64,000 nucleotides of DNA, from IMG/VR virus record IMGVR_UViG_3300017761_002881; one strand, given 5' to 3'. Below, piece by piece: positions 1-9,155 of this stretch. The notes below the pieces were generated by a model. It was not told where the DNA came from. It worked only from the letters and a program-made list of their open reading frames with translations, and ran no database searches. The number at the start of each line of letters is the position of its first letter. The first letter of the stretch is position 1. The position numbers and the translations under genes are program-made. Source of the DNA: an uncultured virus (IMG/VR IMGVR_UViG_3300017761_002881). Lineage: Duplodnaviria; Heunggongvirae; Uroviricota; Caudoviricetes.

Positions 1-68
1 CCAGCTGGTAAAGCGGACTGATCAATCTCATTGGTAAATACACCGGGCGAAACAATTTTTTCTGCCAT
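1..68 (-). CDS. 5' end of a second tail sheath paralog (runs off the window)
   Basis: Manual translation MAEKIVSPGVFTNEIDQSALPAG; first 22 aa identical to ORF 103..1917; AAGGAG 7 nt upstream of the ATG. Confidence 0.85.
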   Translation of the reverse strand, partial: MAEKIVSPGVFTNEIDQSALPA

Positions 69-102
69 TAGTTTTCTCCTTGTTTATTTTTATCCGTTAT
101 GA

Positions 103-1917
103 CTATTCTGGGAAAGCAGCACCAGTCGGAAGGATGTTAAAGTCAATAATAATAAATTCTGCAGCTTTTGCCGGTTGTAAATAAATAGCTCCACGTAATT
201 CATTACGGTCAATTACTTCTGGAGTATTTAATTTTTCGTCCATTACAACTTTAAATGCATACAAGCCTTGGCGTTGTTGAACATTATCGAAGTATGGATT
301 AACAATACTTAAGAATCTATTTCTAGTAGCTGCCGTATTTTGTTCAAATAACAAATATTTGCTAGTTGAAGCAACAAACTTCTTAGCAGCAATTAATAGG
401 CGACGCACATTTACACGATCCAATGCCGATGATTTCTTTTGCATCGTCTTTTGACCATAAACTACTACTCCCTGATTAGGGAAACTAGCAATTGGGTTGA
501 CATTTGCATCATACAATGTATCGCGGTTGCTTTGATTAAGCTTACGTTCAGTACGTACAGCAATTTCAATTCCGCCTCTGTTAAGACCAGCTGGCGCAAA
601 CCATGGTGCAGCTACTCGGTCATTAAATGCATATACACTTGGTACAACAACGCTAGCAGGAACAAAAACATTTTTACCTAAGTCACGATCTGGAATTAAT
701 ACCCATGGCCAATACATTGCGACGTAATTACTATTACGTGTATCAGCCTCAGATACTACTGTCGATATTGTGCCGCCGTACGCATGCGGATCTACAACTA
801 AGAATGCATCACCTCGTGTTTCAATCATTTGTTGAGCCGCATCTATTACGGCGCTAGCTCCGGAGTTATTATCTACTAAACCTGGCAATGTTAACAAGTT
901 GAAATCGTAATCATCTTGATTTTTCAATAAATTGATAGCATCTAAATATGGAATACGAAATGTCGAATTTGACATATCAAAGCCTTGTTGTTGACTATCG
1001 CCGGCGTATATAGTTTCATAGAAACGTTTTGGATGTGTTACAGATCCATCACTACCAAATGCAAATGTTCCAGATACGGCTGCAGGTAAACTACCAGTAA
1101 AGTCGGAACTACGACGTGCGCCGTTTTGATCAAACCAATTGACTGTATTTTTATATACCGTTACACGTACATACTTCGATTTATTAGCATATGATCCAGA
1201 AATTTGGAAATATGGCTGAGATGTGCCCGAATCTCTTAAAGTATATGATATATCTCCGATACGTTTTGCAATATAATTAGGAGAATTTGGATCTAACGTT
1301 AAATTATTGTATTGTTCTAAAATAATTTTACGATTTATGATATCATCACCACGACGTATCAGCAATGTAAATGTACCTTTGGTATTACTCACATCCGAAA
1401 CTTCCCAACGAAGATTTTGTTCTGATCCTGAAAGTAATAATCCGCCGACTCCTTGATCAGTCACTGAAGCGGAAACGAATCCACTACCGCTAATAGCAGC
1501 ACGTTCACGACCCGAATTTTCCTGAACTCCTGCTGATAATGCAGTCAATCGGAATGATGGTGCATGCGCCGTGCCATCACTGCCGCTGTTAACACTAACT
1601 ACATTGCTAAATGCATATGCATATGTTCCTGCCATTACACGTACTACTGTCAATGTATCAGCATATTTAAGATATTCTTGTGCAGAATAGTTAGTTAAAT
1701 ATTTGAAAGTATTTTCATAACGTTCTGAGCCGGAAATAAATACTCCACCAAACGTTTGTAAAAACTCAGAATAACTAGTTACTGTTGTCGGAATATTTGC
1801 AGGGCCTCGCTGTGTCGGGCCAATGACTGCTGCACCAATACTGGCAATTGCTGCTGGCAATGCCGATTGATCAATCTCATTGGTAAACACGCCAGGCGAA
1901 ACAATTTTTTCTGCCAT
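103..1917 (-). CDS. Contractile tail sheath protein (T4 gp18-like)
   Basis: N-terminal SPGVFTNEID; C-terminal WFAPAGLNRG, NVNPIASFP, DRVNVRRL and IYLQPAKAAEFI sheath motifs. Confidence 0.95.
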   Translation of the reverse strand: MAEKIVSPGVFTNEIDQSALPAAIASIGAAVIGPTQRGPANIPTTVTSYSEFLQTFGGVFISGSERYENTFKYLTNYSAQEYLKYADTLTVVRVMAGTYAYAFSNVVSVNSGSDGTAHAPSFRLTALSAGVQENSGRERAAISGSGFVSASVTDQGVGGLLLSGSEQNLRWEVSDVSNTKGTFTLLIRRGDDIINRKIILEQYNNLTLDPNSPNYIAKRIGDISYTLRDSGTSQPYFQISGSYANKSKYVRVTVYKNTVNWFDQNGARRSSDFTGSLPAAVSGTFAFGSDGSVTHPKRFYETIYAGDSQQQGFDMSNSTFRIPYLDAINLLKNQDDYDFNLLTLPGLVDNNSGASAVIDAAQQMIETRGDAFLVVDPHAYGGTISTVVSEADTRNSNYVAMYWPWVLIPDRDLGKNVFVPASVVVPSVYAFNDRVAAPWFAPAGLNRGGIEIAVRTERKLNQSNRDTLYDANVNPIASFPNQGVVVYGQKTMQKKSSALDRVNVRRLLIAAKKFVASTSKYLLFEQNTAATRNRFLSIVNPYFDNVQQRQGLYAFKVVMDEKLNTPEVIDRNELRGAIYLQPAKAAEFIIIDFNILPTGAAFPE

Positions 1918-1953
1918 TAGTTTGCTCCTAATTTAAATTAATAATCATTTCAT

Positions 1954-1961
1954 ATAAATAT
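1954..1961 (-). promoter_or_regulatory. Putative late promoter motif ATATTTAT (sheath)
   Basis: One of about 20 copies just upstream of gene starts. Confidence 0.6.
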
Positions 1962-1980
1962 CAGAGCAATTAGTCAAACA

Positions 1981-2256
1981 TTATGAATTAGGTATAAATA
2001 TACCACTTTCAATATCTACCTGTCCTGCCCCGTATTTTTTATTTAATTCATCGACTAATGTACGTTCATTATTAGATTGAGTTTGATATTCAGCCTGTAA
2101 CTCTGTACGAAGTTGTTGAAGTTCGTTTGTACGTTGTTGCATTAAATGCAACTCGAGATCAATTTCGCCGAATTGATAAATAATACGATTTGTATTATCA
2201 CGTAATTGTTTAATTTGATCTAATTCTTCTTGTGTAAACTTAATTTCTGTTGGCAT
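1981..2256 (-). CDS. Small coiled-coil hypothetical protein
   Basis: 91-aa helical ORF with an SD-like AAAGGA and the late motif upstream. Confidence 0.75.
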   Translation of the reverse strand: MPTEIKFTQEELDQIKQLRDNTNRIIYQFGEIDLELHLMQQRTNELQQLRTELQAEYQTQSNNERTLVDELNKKYGAGQVDIESGIFIPNS

Positions 2257-2280
2257 AACTTTTCCTTTGTTATAAATATG

Positions 2281-3147
2281 TTACAGTAACGGACGAAAGC
2301 CGTCATTAGTAGTAAAACCATCGCTAGGCGGATTATCTGGATCTGCATTAAATGACTCTGTCTCAGATCCAAATGATACGCGCTTAACAGAGTAACGTTT
2401 TTGTAAAGTTGATCGCTTTAATTCATATTGTGATAATAATGTGCCTTTAACATTGATAGGCATTGTAGCACGTATTATACGATCTTCGCCTGGTACAGAA
2501 ACTGTTTCGAACGAATAATCTTGAATAGAAGTAATAAATTTCCATGTAGTACCCCATGCAAATCCTCCAGTAGGAAGAATTTGTTCTACGATACTATTTA
2601 ATTGTTCTGTATATTCTGACCATATTAAAATATCATAACTTACGTCTACAAATTCTGGTATATTAGATACGTATATTTCACGTTTAGGGCGGGTGCCTTG
2701 CAAAACTGAAAAACGATCATAACGGTTATTTTTTGAATATTGACTTTCATATGTCAATGTATTTCTAGCAAAGTCATTATCAACTTCCGGACTCCAATTA
2801 ACATCTAATTTTTTCATCGTGTCACGTTCTGTAATACTATTACGTTTAACGGATATCAACGGAGTCATTAAACGATCGCTATGATCGTACATATAACCTT
2901 TAGCTTGTATCTGTGCCCATTTTTCTGCATTAGCATACATTACCGGGACTGTCACCATGGCATTATTATCTACAATTTCCGGACGTATCACATCGCTTAT
3001 AAACGACATAATAGCATTGTCTATATCGTATATAGTACAACTAGGAGTTTTTATCGTATCATCATCACGACGAATTTGTGCACTACGAGCTATATCCGGA
3101 TTAGTAGAATACGTGCTATATGTTTTATTTAATTGTGGTTTTGCCAT
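2281..3147 (-). CDS. Tail terminator / sheath stabilizer (gp15-like)
   Basis: VPVMYANAEKW motif, P-x-I-S segment, position between neck and sheath genes. Confidence 0.7.
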   Translation of the reverse strand: MAKPQLNKTYSTYSTNPDIARSAQIRRDDDTIKTPSCTIYDIDNAIMSFISDVIRPEIVDNNAMVTVPVMYANAEKWAQIQAKGYMYDHSDRLMTPLISVKRNSITERDTMKKLDVNWSPEVDNDFARNTLTYESQYSKNNRYDRFSVLQGTRPKREIYVSNIPEFVDVSYDILIWSEYTEQLNSIVEQILPTGGFAWGTTWKFITSIQDYSFETVSVPGEDRIIRATMPINVKGTLLSQYELKRSTLQKRYSVKRVSFGSETESFNADPDNPPSDGFTTNDGFRPLL

Positions 3148-3686
3148 TATAAGTTCCTTGGTAATTGACTAGGACGATTTAGTCCTGAACGTACAGGTTC
3201 TAAATTAAGTGCAGTATGTCTAGTTATATGTGTTTCTACTATGACAGATAAATCTAAACCATATGACCCACGTTCTCCTAACACATATCCTAAATCAGTA
3301 GCTTCATCTCGGCCAGCAAAATATTCTTGGGCATATGTAATATTGTCTACTTGATACATACTACGATCATGTTCTATAATATCACCTACATCTACGAATA
3401 TATTACGTGCTTCTAAGTCTGGTTTAAAGAAAGAGAATAATACTGTACGTGCCGTATCTAATCCGAAGTCATCTCCTACAATTGTACGATCATCACGTGA
3501 TATTAAGCTATGTATACGTACAGGTTGATAATATGTTTTATTGTTAGATTCTCCGTATATATTTTGACCTGTTATTTGTAGGTTCAATTTATACAGTGCT
3601 ACTTCTATATCGATGAATCGATTGATAAGTTCACGATTAAGCGACTTAATTAAACTAACGTCTCGAGATCCGCCAAATAGTGCCAT
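3147..3686 (-). CDS. Neck / head-closure protein (gp14-like)
   Basis: NIYGES, FGLD and VGDII motifs; synteny after the gp13-like gene. Confidence 0.7.
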   Translation of the reverse strand: MALFGGSRDVSLIKSLNRELINRFIDIEVALYKLNLQITGQNIYGESNNKTYYQPVRIHSLISRDDRTIVGDDFGLDTARTVLFSFFKPDLEARNIFVDVGDIIEHDRSMYQVDNITYAQEYFAGRDEATDLGYVLGERGSYGLDLSVIVETHITRHTALNLEPVRSGLNRPSQLPRNL

Positions 3687-3687
3687 A

Positions 3688-4854
3688 TTATCCTACATAT
3701 ATTTTTAACGGCATTTTATTCAATTGTGATTGCATAGCATCTGCTTCAGCTTGCTTGCGCTCCAATTGCGCTTGTCTAGACATACTATCTAAAATTTCTT
3801 TGAGTTCTGTTAATAAAGCTTCTTTTTCTGCCTGGCCATTGCTAACTAAATCTGAACCATTTAACGTTATTTCAGCATTAGGTATAGGTATAGCAGAATA
3901 TTTACTACGTATATATCCTAATAATTCTTTTGCTAATGCTAATGTATATCTAAAAATCCATCGACGACCTACACTATTAATATTTTCATAAATAACATTT
4001 TCATACGGTACATTCGAATAATCTGAAATAGTACCGGCGCCTATTACACCTGGCCCCGTAAAACGATCTGTTTTAAGAATATAATCAAAGTATACTTTCT
4101 TTATATTCTGGCCATCTGGTATAGGAAATATACGTAAACGGTCTTTACTTAGTTCAAATGAATATGCAGATCTACGTACCGTATCATTAAACTCGATCGC
4201 TTGTAAACGAAGTATATCAGCATATATCGGCATCATCATAAATGATACACCTGGTGAATAACTACCAAATCCAAATGAATCTAACATTTGTTGTGTACCA
4301 ATACCTGATCCTATAAATGGGTCGAAAAAACGTACAAGGGCAGGTGGAGCTTCATGATATATTCGTTTAATTTCTATAGAATCTATACCAGCTACGCCGT
4401 TTTCTAATGTAACAATATTACTATCAGCTAAATCATAAATTTGTTTACCGTTAGTCATTGCAATACTACCAGTATAAAATTTTACACTGCCGCCCGATCC
4501 AGCTTCAGTGCCGTATGCAGATGCTAATGTAATTAATCCGCCATGATTTGGAGTAACGGTTTTACCTGTTAAATTAGATCCAGTACTTCCTCCATATACA
4601 TTAAGCATATTATCACGTATGTTATATGCATTAAGTTGAGCCCCATATTCGGTAACAGCTTCCTCAAAACAAGCATAAAATTGTATATCTTGCATTTCAA
4701 TATCTGTTATCGGAAAGCCTAAACGTTTAGCGCACCAATCAGCTACTTTATCTGTATCGATTTGAAATTCATAATCGTTATCGTAAAAGCCGAACGGCGT
4801 CTCGCCAGGGCAAAATGAAGAACTACCAGGCCATATAGGAATATTAGTTGCCAT
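3688..4854 (-). CDS. Neck / head-tail adaptor protein (gp13-like)
   Basis: RLGFP..DIE N-terminal motif; WIFRYTLALAKELLGYIRSKY..IP...ITLNG C-terminal motif. Confidence 0.8.
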   Translation of the reverse strand: MATNIPIWPGSSSFCPGETPFGFYDNDYEFQIDTDKVADWCAKRLGFPITDIEMQDIQFYACFEEAVTEYGAQLNAYNIRDNMLNVYGGSTGSNLTGKTVTPNHGGLITLASAYGTEAGSGGSVKFYTGSIAMTNGKQIYDLADSNIVTLENGVAGIDSIEIKRIYHEAPPALVRFFDPFIGSGIGTQQMLDSFGFGSYSPGVSFMMMPIYADILRLQAIEFNDTVRRSAYSFELSKDRLRIFPIPDGQNIKKVYFDYILKTDRFTGPGVIGAGTISDYSNVPYENVIYENINSVGRRWIFRYTLALAKELLGYIRSKYSAIPIPNAEITLNGSDLVSNGQAEKEALLTELKEILDSMSRQAQLERKQAEADAMQSQLNKMPLKIYVG

Positions 4855-4867
4855 GACTACCTTTATT

Positions 4868-4875
4868 ATAAATAT
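4868..4875 (-). promoter_or_regulatory. Putative late promoter motif ATATTTAT (neck operon)
   Basis: Same motif, followed by AAAGGT and ATG. Confidence 0.6.
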
Positions 4876-4895
4876 CGAATTACGCTATGAAAATG

Positions 4896-6005
4896 TTAAT
4901 AGAATTCTAAAATAGCTACATATCCAGCACTACCAGATCCTCCATTCCCTGCACGACTACCAGAGGCAGCCCCTCCACCTCCTCCGCCCGCCCCAAAATA
5001 TCCACCATTGCTACCGTTGCCACCAGTCACGCCAAGTGTTATAGTAGATGCTCCACCAGATCCCCCTGCGCCCACGCCATATCGACATGATAACAAACTA
5101 CCAGAAATACCAAACAAATGAATAGCATTAAGTACATTAGATGGACTCACGCCAGCATCTTCACCAGTACCTAAAGCTCCAATACTACCGGCCGATACTG
5201 AATTACCATATATGTTAACACCACATCCAGCTAGAGCAGTTCGTATTGTACTACCACTAATAGCACCACCACCGCCGCCGCCAGCCATTCCTCGAATACC
5301 ATTCATTGCATTTCGATAAAATGTGAATTGACGATATTTACCGCCGTTAGGAAGTTGCAATCCAGGTGGTATAGATGCAACTGTACCAGTAGTACTGTTA
5401 CCGCCTTCACTACCTAATAAAAAATATGGAAGATATCCTGGGCGCGCAATTGATGATGGGTCAGCACTATTAGCCCCTGCTGTGCTACCTCCGACTCCTG
5501 CAGTTCCGCCCGGCGCAATTATAATAGATCCTATAGTTGTATCATTACCTATCGTTCCGGCATTACCCGTACTATTACTAACTAAGCTACTAGTACCTCC
5601 TGGAGGTGAACCAGGTACTGTTATTGTATAACTGTTAGCCAATGATTGAGATAACAGTGTCATAACAACCAATCCGCCGCCAGCGCCGCCAGCGCCGCCA
5701 GACATACGCGTTAATGTATCTTTACGGCCGCCGCTGCCACCGCCGCCGCCTGCGCCTACTGCCACAAATGTAGCTAACTTAACTAACGGACTAACATCAT
5801 ACGTATAAATACTAGACTGATTACTAATAGATGATCCGGTATATTCTATAACACGAAAATACCCAGTTTCTAGATTTAACTGCTGTACAGCACTAGCTGA
5901 TATAAAATATATATTACTACCGCTAGTATATATTCCGAAGTCAGAATCTAGACTAGGTGTCGCCGAACTAGTGACTATAAATGTGTTATTTGCAATTTTT
6001 GGCAT
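4896..6005 (-). CDS. Glycine-rich fibre-tip / adhesin-like protein, subtype B (cassette 1)
   Basis: Repeated GGGGG runs, VGAGGGGGSG, C-terminal GSGSAGYVAILEFY; paralog of 29613..30776. Confidence 0.7.
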   Translation of the reverse strand: MPKIANNTFIVTSSATPSLDSDFGIYTSGSNIYFISASAVQQLNLETGYFRVIEYTGSSISNQSSIYTYDVSPLVKLATFVAVGAGGGGGSGGRKDTLTRMSGGAGGAGGGLVVMTLLSQSLANSYTITVPGSPPGGTSSLVSNSTGNAGTIGNDTTIGSIIIAPGGTAGVGGSTAGANSADPSSIARPGYLPYFLLGSEGGNSTTGTVASIPPGLQLPNGGKYRQFTFYRNAMNGIRGMAGGGGGGAISGSTIRTALAGCGVNIYGNSVSAGSIGALGTGEDAGVSPSNVLNAIHLFGISGSLLSCRYGVGAGGSGGASTITLGVTGGNGSNGGYFGAGGGGGGAASGSRAGNGGSGSAGYVAILEFY

Positions 6006-6006
6006 A

Positions 6007-7140
6007 TTAAAAATAATATTCAGTTAATATAACTAGACCAGCACTACCAGAGCCCCCAGCTCCTGAAGTTTGTCCGGAAGGTACTGCTCCGCCTCCGCCG
6101 CCGCCTGCGCCATAAAATCCTCCATTGCCGCCACGACCTCCAACCGTCAAACTAGATCCACCACCATGTCCGCCGCCACCTAACCCGTACGTAGCTTCAT
6201 AACTAGAACTAATACGTAATAATGTAGTAACTAAATTATCAGTGCCCGAGCCTCCAGCTGAACCGTCACTGCCTGGAAATGACGTGCCGTTATTATTATT
6301 TATACGTAGTGTATTATATTGATATCCATTTGAACCAGAGCCTGCGACTGCTAGAGTAGTACTTGCAACTATTGTTCCGCCGCCGCCGCCGGCGCCAGTC
6401 CCAGTACCCCATTCTCCTATCGTGCTATCGGCATTATTTGGGTCAGAATCATTAAAAAATATTGCCGCGGCATTTGCAAAGTTAGCTACGGTACTAGCAT
6501 TAGGGACATTTGGCATAGCACCTCCAGCTCCACCGGCTAATCCAGAACCAATAGGAATACTTTGTGATACATATCCTGGGATTCCTGCTTTTGAACCACC
6601 ATTAGATCCTGCAACTCCTCCTCCGCCACCATATGCCAATACTAACACATTGCCAGCGGAATCTGCAAATGATGATGATCCACCGGCAGCTCCAGTACCA
6701 GATCCAACCACTCCACCTGCACCACCACGTTGAATTCTGATACGATACTGGGTATCTGTTAACAGAAATGCAGGAAATGTTGCCCATATTATAGCACCTC
6801 CGCCGCCAGGTAACCCACCTTGGCTATTAGGCGAAATAGCTCCCCCAATTCCTCCGCCGCCGCCTGCACCGACTGCACATACTTCTAGATATCGTAAGCC
6901 TGGAGAAGGCGACCATTCATATATTACATCAGTACGATCTGCGGATCCGGTAAAATACGTAACAGTATAATAACTAGTAGATTTTGTTAGATCATATGTT
7001 TCACCTGCATCATTAGTATACTGAATGGTATATCCAGCCGCATTATCGCTAGCACTAACATACAATACACCGTAACCGTTAGGTGGCTGTGGCGTCACTT
7101 CATTGATCGGAAGTTGTAAACTTTTTACAATTTTAGTCAT
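6007..7140 (-). CDS. Glycine-rich fibre-tip / adhesin-like protein, subtype A (cassette 1)
   Basis: CAVGAGGGGG, GGGGAIIWAT, YGLGGGGHGGG, C-terminal GLVILTEYYF; paralog of 30800..31927. Confidence 0.7.
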   Translation of the reverse strand: MTKIVKSLQLPINEVTPQPPNGYGVLYVSASDNAAGYTIQYTNDAGETYDLTKSTSYYTVTYFTGSADRTDVIYEWSPSPGLRYLEVCAVGAGGGGGIGGAISPNSQGGLPGGGGAIIWATFPAFLLTDTQYRIRIQRGGAGGVVGSGTGAAGGSSSFADSAGNVLVLAYGGGGGVAGSNGGSKAGIPGYVSQSIPIGSGLAGGAGGAMPNVPNASTVANFANAAAIFFNDSDPNNADSTIGEWGTGTGAGGGGGTIVASTTLAVAGSGSNGYQYNTLRINNNNGTSFPGSDGSAGGSGTDNLVTTLLRISSSYEATYGLGGGGHGGGSSLTVGGRGGNGGFYGAGGGGGGAVPSGQTSGAGGSGSAGLVILTEYYF

Positions 7141-7300
7141 GACGTATTCTTATTGTTCTTCCATTCGGTAATTTCACTGCAATATCTGCACGTACAAATC
7201 CACTGTCATTACCTGTATCTAGATAAAGATTACCATATCCAGAGTCCGGTGTTTCAATGGATCCTGTAGGAAACAATTCTATCGGATTTTCAAACTTCAT
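7133..7300 (-). CDS. Unannotated 55-aa protein resembling the N-terminal module of the Gly-rich proteins
   Basis: Manual translation MKFENPIELFPTGSIETPDSGYGNLYLDTGNDSGFVRADIAVKLPNGRTIRIRHD; fills the gap exactly; counterpart at 31927..32088. Confidence 0.75.
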   Translation of the reverse strand: MKFENPIELFPTGSIETPDSGYGNLYLDTGNDSGFVRADIAVKLPNGRTIRIRHD

Positions 7301-7302
7301 TG

Positions 7303-9099
7303 TTATATTGATATGTATACTCGGTAATGATCTTGACCGGGAGGATTTGTAAACAATATTTGTACGGTATTTAAATCCGTACGATAAACATCTGGTATAA
7401 TATTTTCACGTGTACCTGACCCGGAATAAACAGTTACATGTAAATCATATGTATTCAATCCATGTGTTACATTAAATGTAGTAGCTGCACCATTTCCGAT
7501 TGTAGTAGCAAATGACCGTACACTAGTAGCATGTGAAGCAGTAATGGCATATGAAGAGCTAAATATGCTGTTCATACCGTACGGGCCTTGCACATTGCTT
7601 GAAGTAACAAAGCTAGCAGTTGCAGCTATACCTGTTAATAAGCCAGTAAAACTTCCACTAAACGATCCAGTAGCCTTTAGTAAACTATCTGTATATACTA
7701 GGGTAGGTACACCACCTAACAGTTGATTGTTGTTATATTGTATTTGTCCATTATTGCCTTGTGGTACACCTCCTATTGACGTCGACCCAGTATAATAAAC
7801 GCGTCCATTACTAACATCGTATGTCAACACATAAGACTGTCCGGTATTAGTTAATGTCGGTATAAACATACTACCAGATATAAACATACTACCTGATATC
7901 GTAACGTCTTGCGTTAACACATTAACATATGATGCCGTTACTGCATGACTAGCAGATACAACACTATTCATTCCATGCGGGCCTTGCACGTTGCTCGATG
8001 TTACAAAGCTAGCGGTAGAAGCCGTACCTAATAATGATCCAGTAATAAGTGCATTACTACCTGTTACTTTTATTGCAGGACGTGAGTATTCATTGGTAAT
8101 ATTAGAGTATATGTTTAATGTCTGTCCGTACTCAGTCCCTAAAAAAGCTTTACCATCATTCTGTACCCATATACCAAAATGAGGGCCTTGACTTGATACG
8201 GTAGGTGTAAAGCTTCTATTATATAATCCAATTGCATATTGTTGATCATCAGGATTAGTTATTAACAGAGAGGAACTAAAGGGTGTACTACTACCACTTA
8301 TACCTGTAATAATACTAGAACCAGATTGTGTATAGTTACCCTTATGTACGATAGATCCGGAAATAAATAATGACCCTGTAACCGTAACGTCTTGTTTCAA
8401 TGTTTTAACAAATGATGCTGTTAATGCACCCAAAACGTTCATTGAACTAGTTACGCTTGTCAAAACATACGGTTGCAGCATCGACCCCGTAATGCTAGTC
8501 AATACATAAGGTTGTAACATTGATTGGGTTACACTAGTTAATACGTACGGCTGCAACATTGATTGGGTTACAGATGTCAATACATATGGTTGAAGCATTG
8601 ACTGTGTCACTGATGTCAATACGTACGGTTGTAACATTGACGCAGTAACACTATTCAATACATAACTACTAGTAGCATTACTTAATCCAGTAACTTGTGT
8701 TTGAATGGATTCAGTAAATGTATTGTATACGGTATGCTGATTAATTAGTACTGCAGAATTACCATATCCAGCAAAGAATGAAGCTGTATCTGCCGTACCT
8801 CGAAGACTTCCCGTAAATCCAGATAACCCCGTAACGCTTTGCGAAACTATTAAACTACCCGATATTTGTAGGCTACCGGTAGTACTCCACGTATCATTAC
8901 CACGGGCTACAAACAAATCAGTTACAGTTAAACCAGTCTCTCCCTGTATTCCTTGCGGTCCTACTGGCCCAATTGGCCCGGGCCCTACTACGCGTACAAC
9001 GTTAGTAACGGGACGTGTGACGTTAACTTGAGTTTCGTCAGTAACAACAGTAACTATATTTATGGAATCGACAGGGCGTACTGTATTGTTAGTATTCAT
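7303..9099 (-). CDS. Virion fibre protein (short collagen-like segment, 13-aa repeats, C-terminal docking-like domain)
   Basis: GPIGPVGPQGIQGETG; YVLTSVTQSMLQP repeats; C-terminal IGNGAATTFNVTHGL domain shared with 32088..36227. Confidence 0.75.
   Translation of the reverse strand: MNTNNTVRPVDSINIVTVVTDETQVNVTRPVTNVVRVVGPGPIGPVGPQGIQGETGLTVTDLFVARGNDTWSTTGSLQISGSLIVSQSVTGLSGFTGSLRGTADTASFFAGYGNSAVLINQHTVYNTFTESIQTQVTGLSNATSSYVLNSVTASMLQPYVLTSVTQSMLQPYVLTSVTQSMLQPYVLTSVTQSMLQPYVLTSITGSMLQPYVLTSVTSSMNVLGALTASFVKTLKQDVTVTGSLFISGSIVHKGNYTQSGSSIITGISGSSTPFSSSLLITNPDDQQYAIGLYNRSFTPTVSSQGPHFGIWVQNDGKAFLGTEYGQTLNIYSNITNEYSRPAIKVTGSNALITGSLLGTASTASFVTSSNVQGPHGMNSVVSASHAVTASYVNVLTQDVTISGSMFISGSMFIPTLTNTGQSYVLTYDVSNGRVYYTGSTSIGGVPQGNNGQIQYNNNQLLGGVPTLVYTDSLLKATGSFSGSFTGLLTGIAATASFVTSSNVQGPYGMNSIFSSSYAITASHATSVRSFATTIGNGAATTFNVTHGLNTYDLHVTVYSGSGTRENIIPDVYRTDLNTVQILFTNPPGQDHYRVYISI
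8440..8664 (-). repeat. In-frame 39-bp (13-aa) tandem repeat, about 5.8 copies
   Basis: YVL(T/N)S(V/I)T(A/Q/G/S)SMLQP repeated, with synonymous codon differences between copies. Confidence 0.9.
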
Positions 9100-9155
9100 A
9101 GTTCACACGTCCAATGAAAGATTTTTATATAAATATCTTGCAGGGACTGTATCTA

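Noticed and set aside
4960..6870. (CCG)n runs as microsatellites or contingency loci (also 29690-31670)
   Set aside because: They are simply poly-Gly codons within Gly-rich proteins.
8440..8664. 39-bp periodic repeat as a CRISPR array
   Set aside because: No spacers, in-frame coding, synonymous divergence, no cas genes.
9108..9147. Hairpin enclosing the late motif upstream of 9099
   Set aside because: Mostly A/T pairs with mismatches and not repeated at the other motif copies; probably chance.
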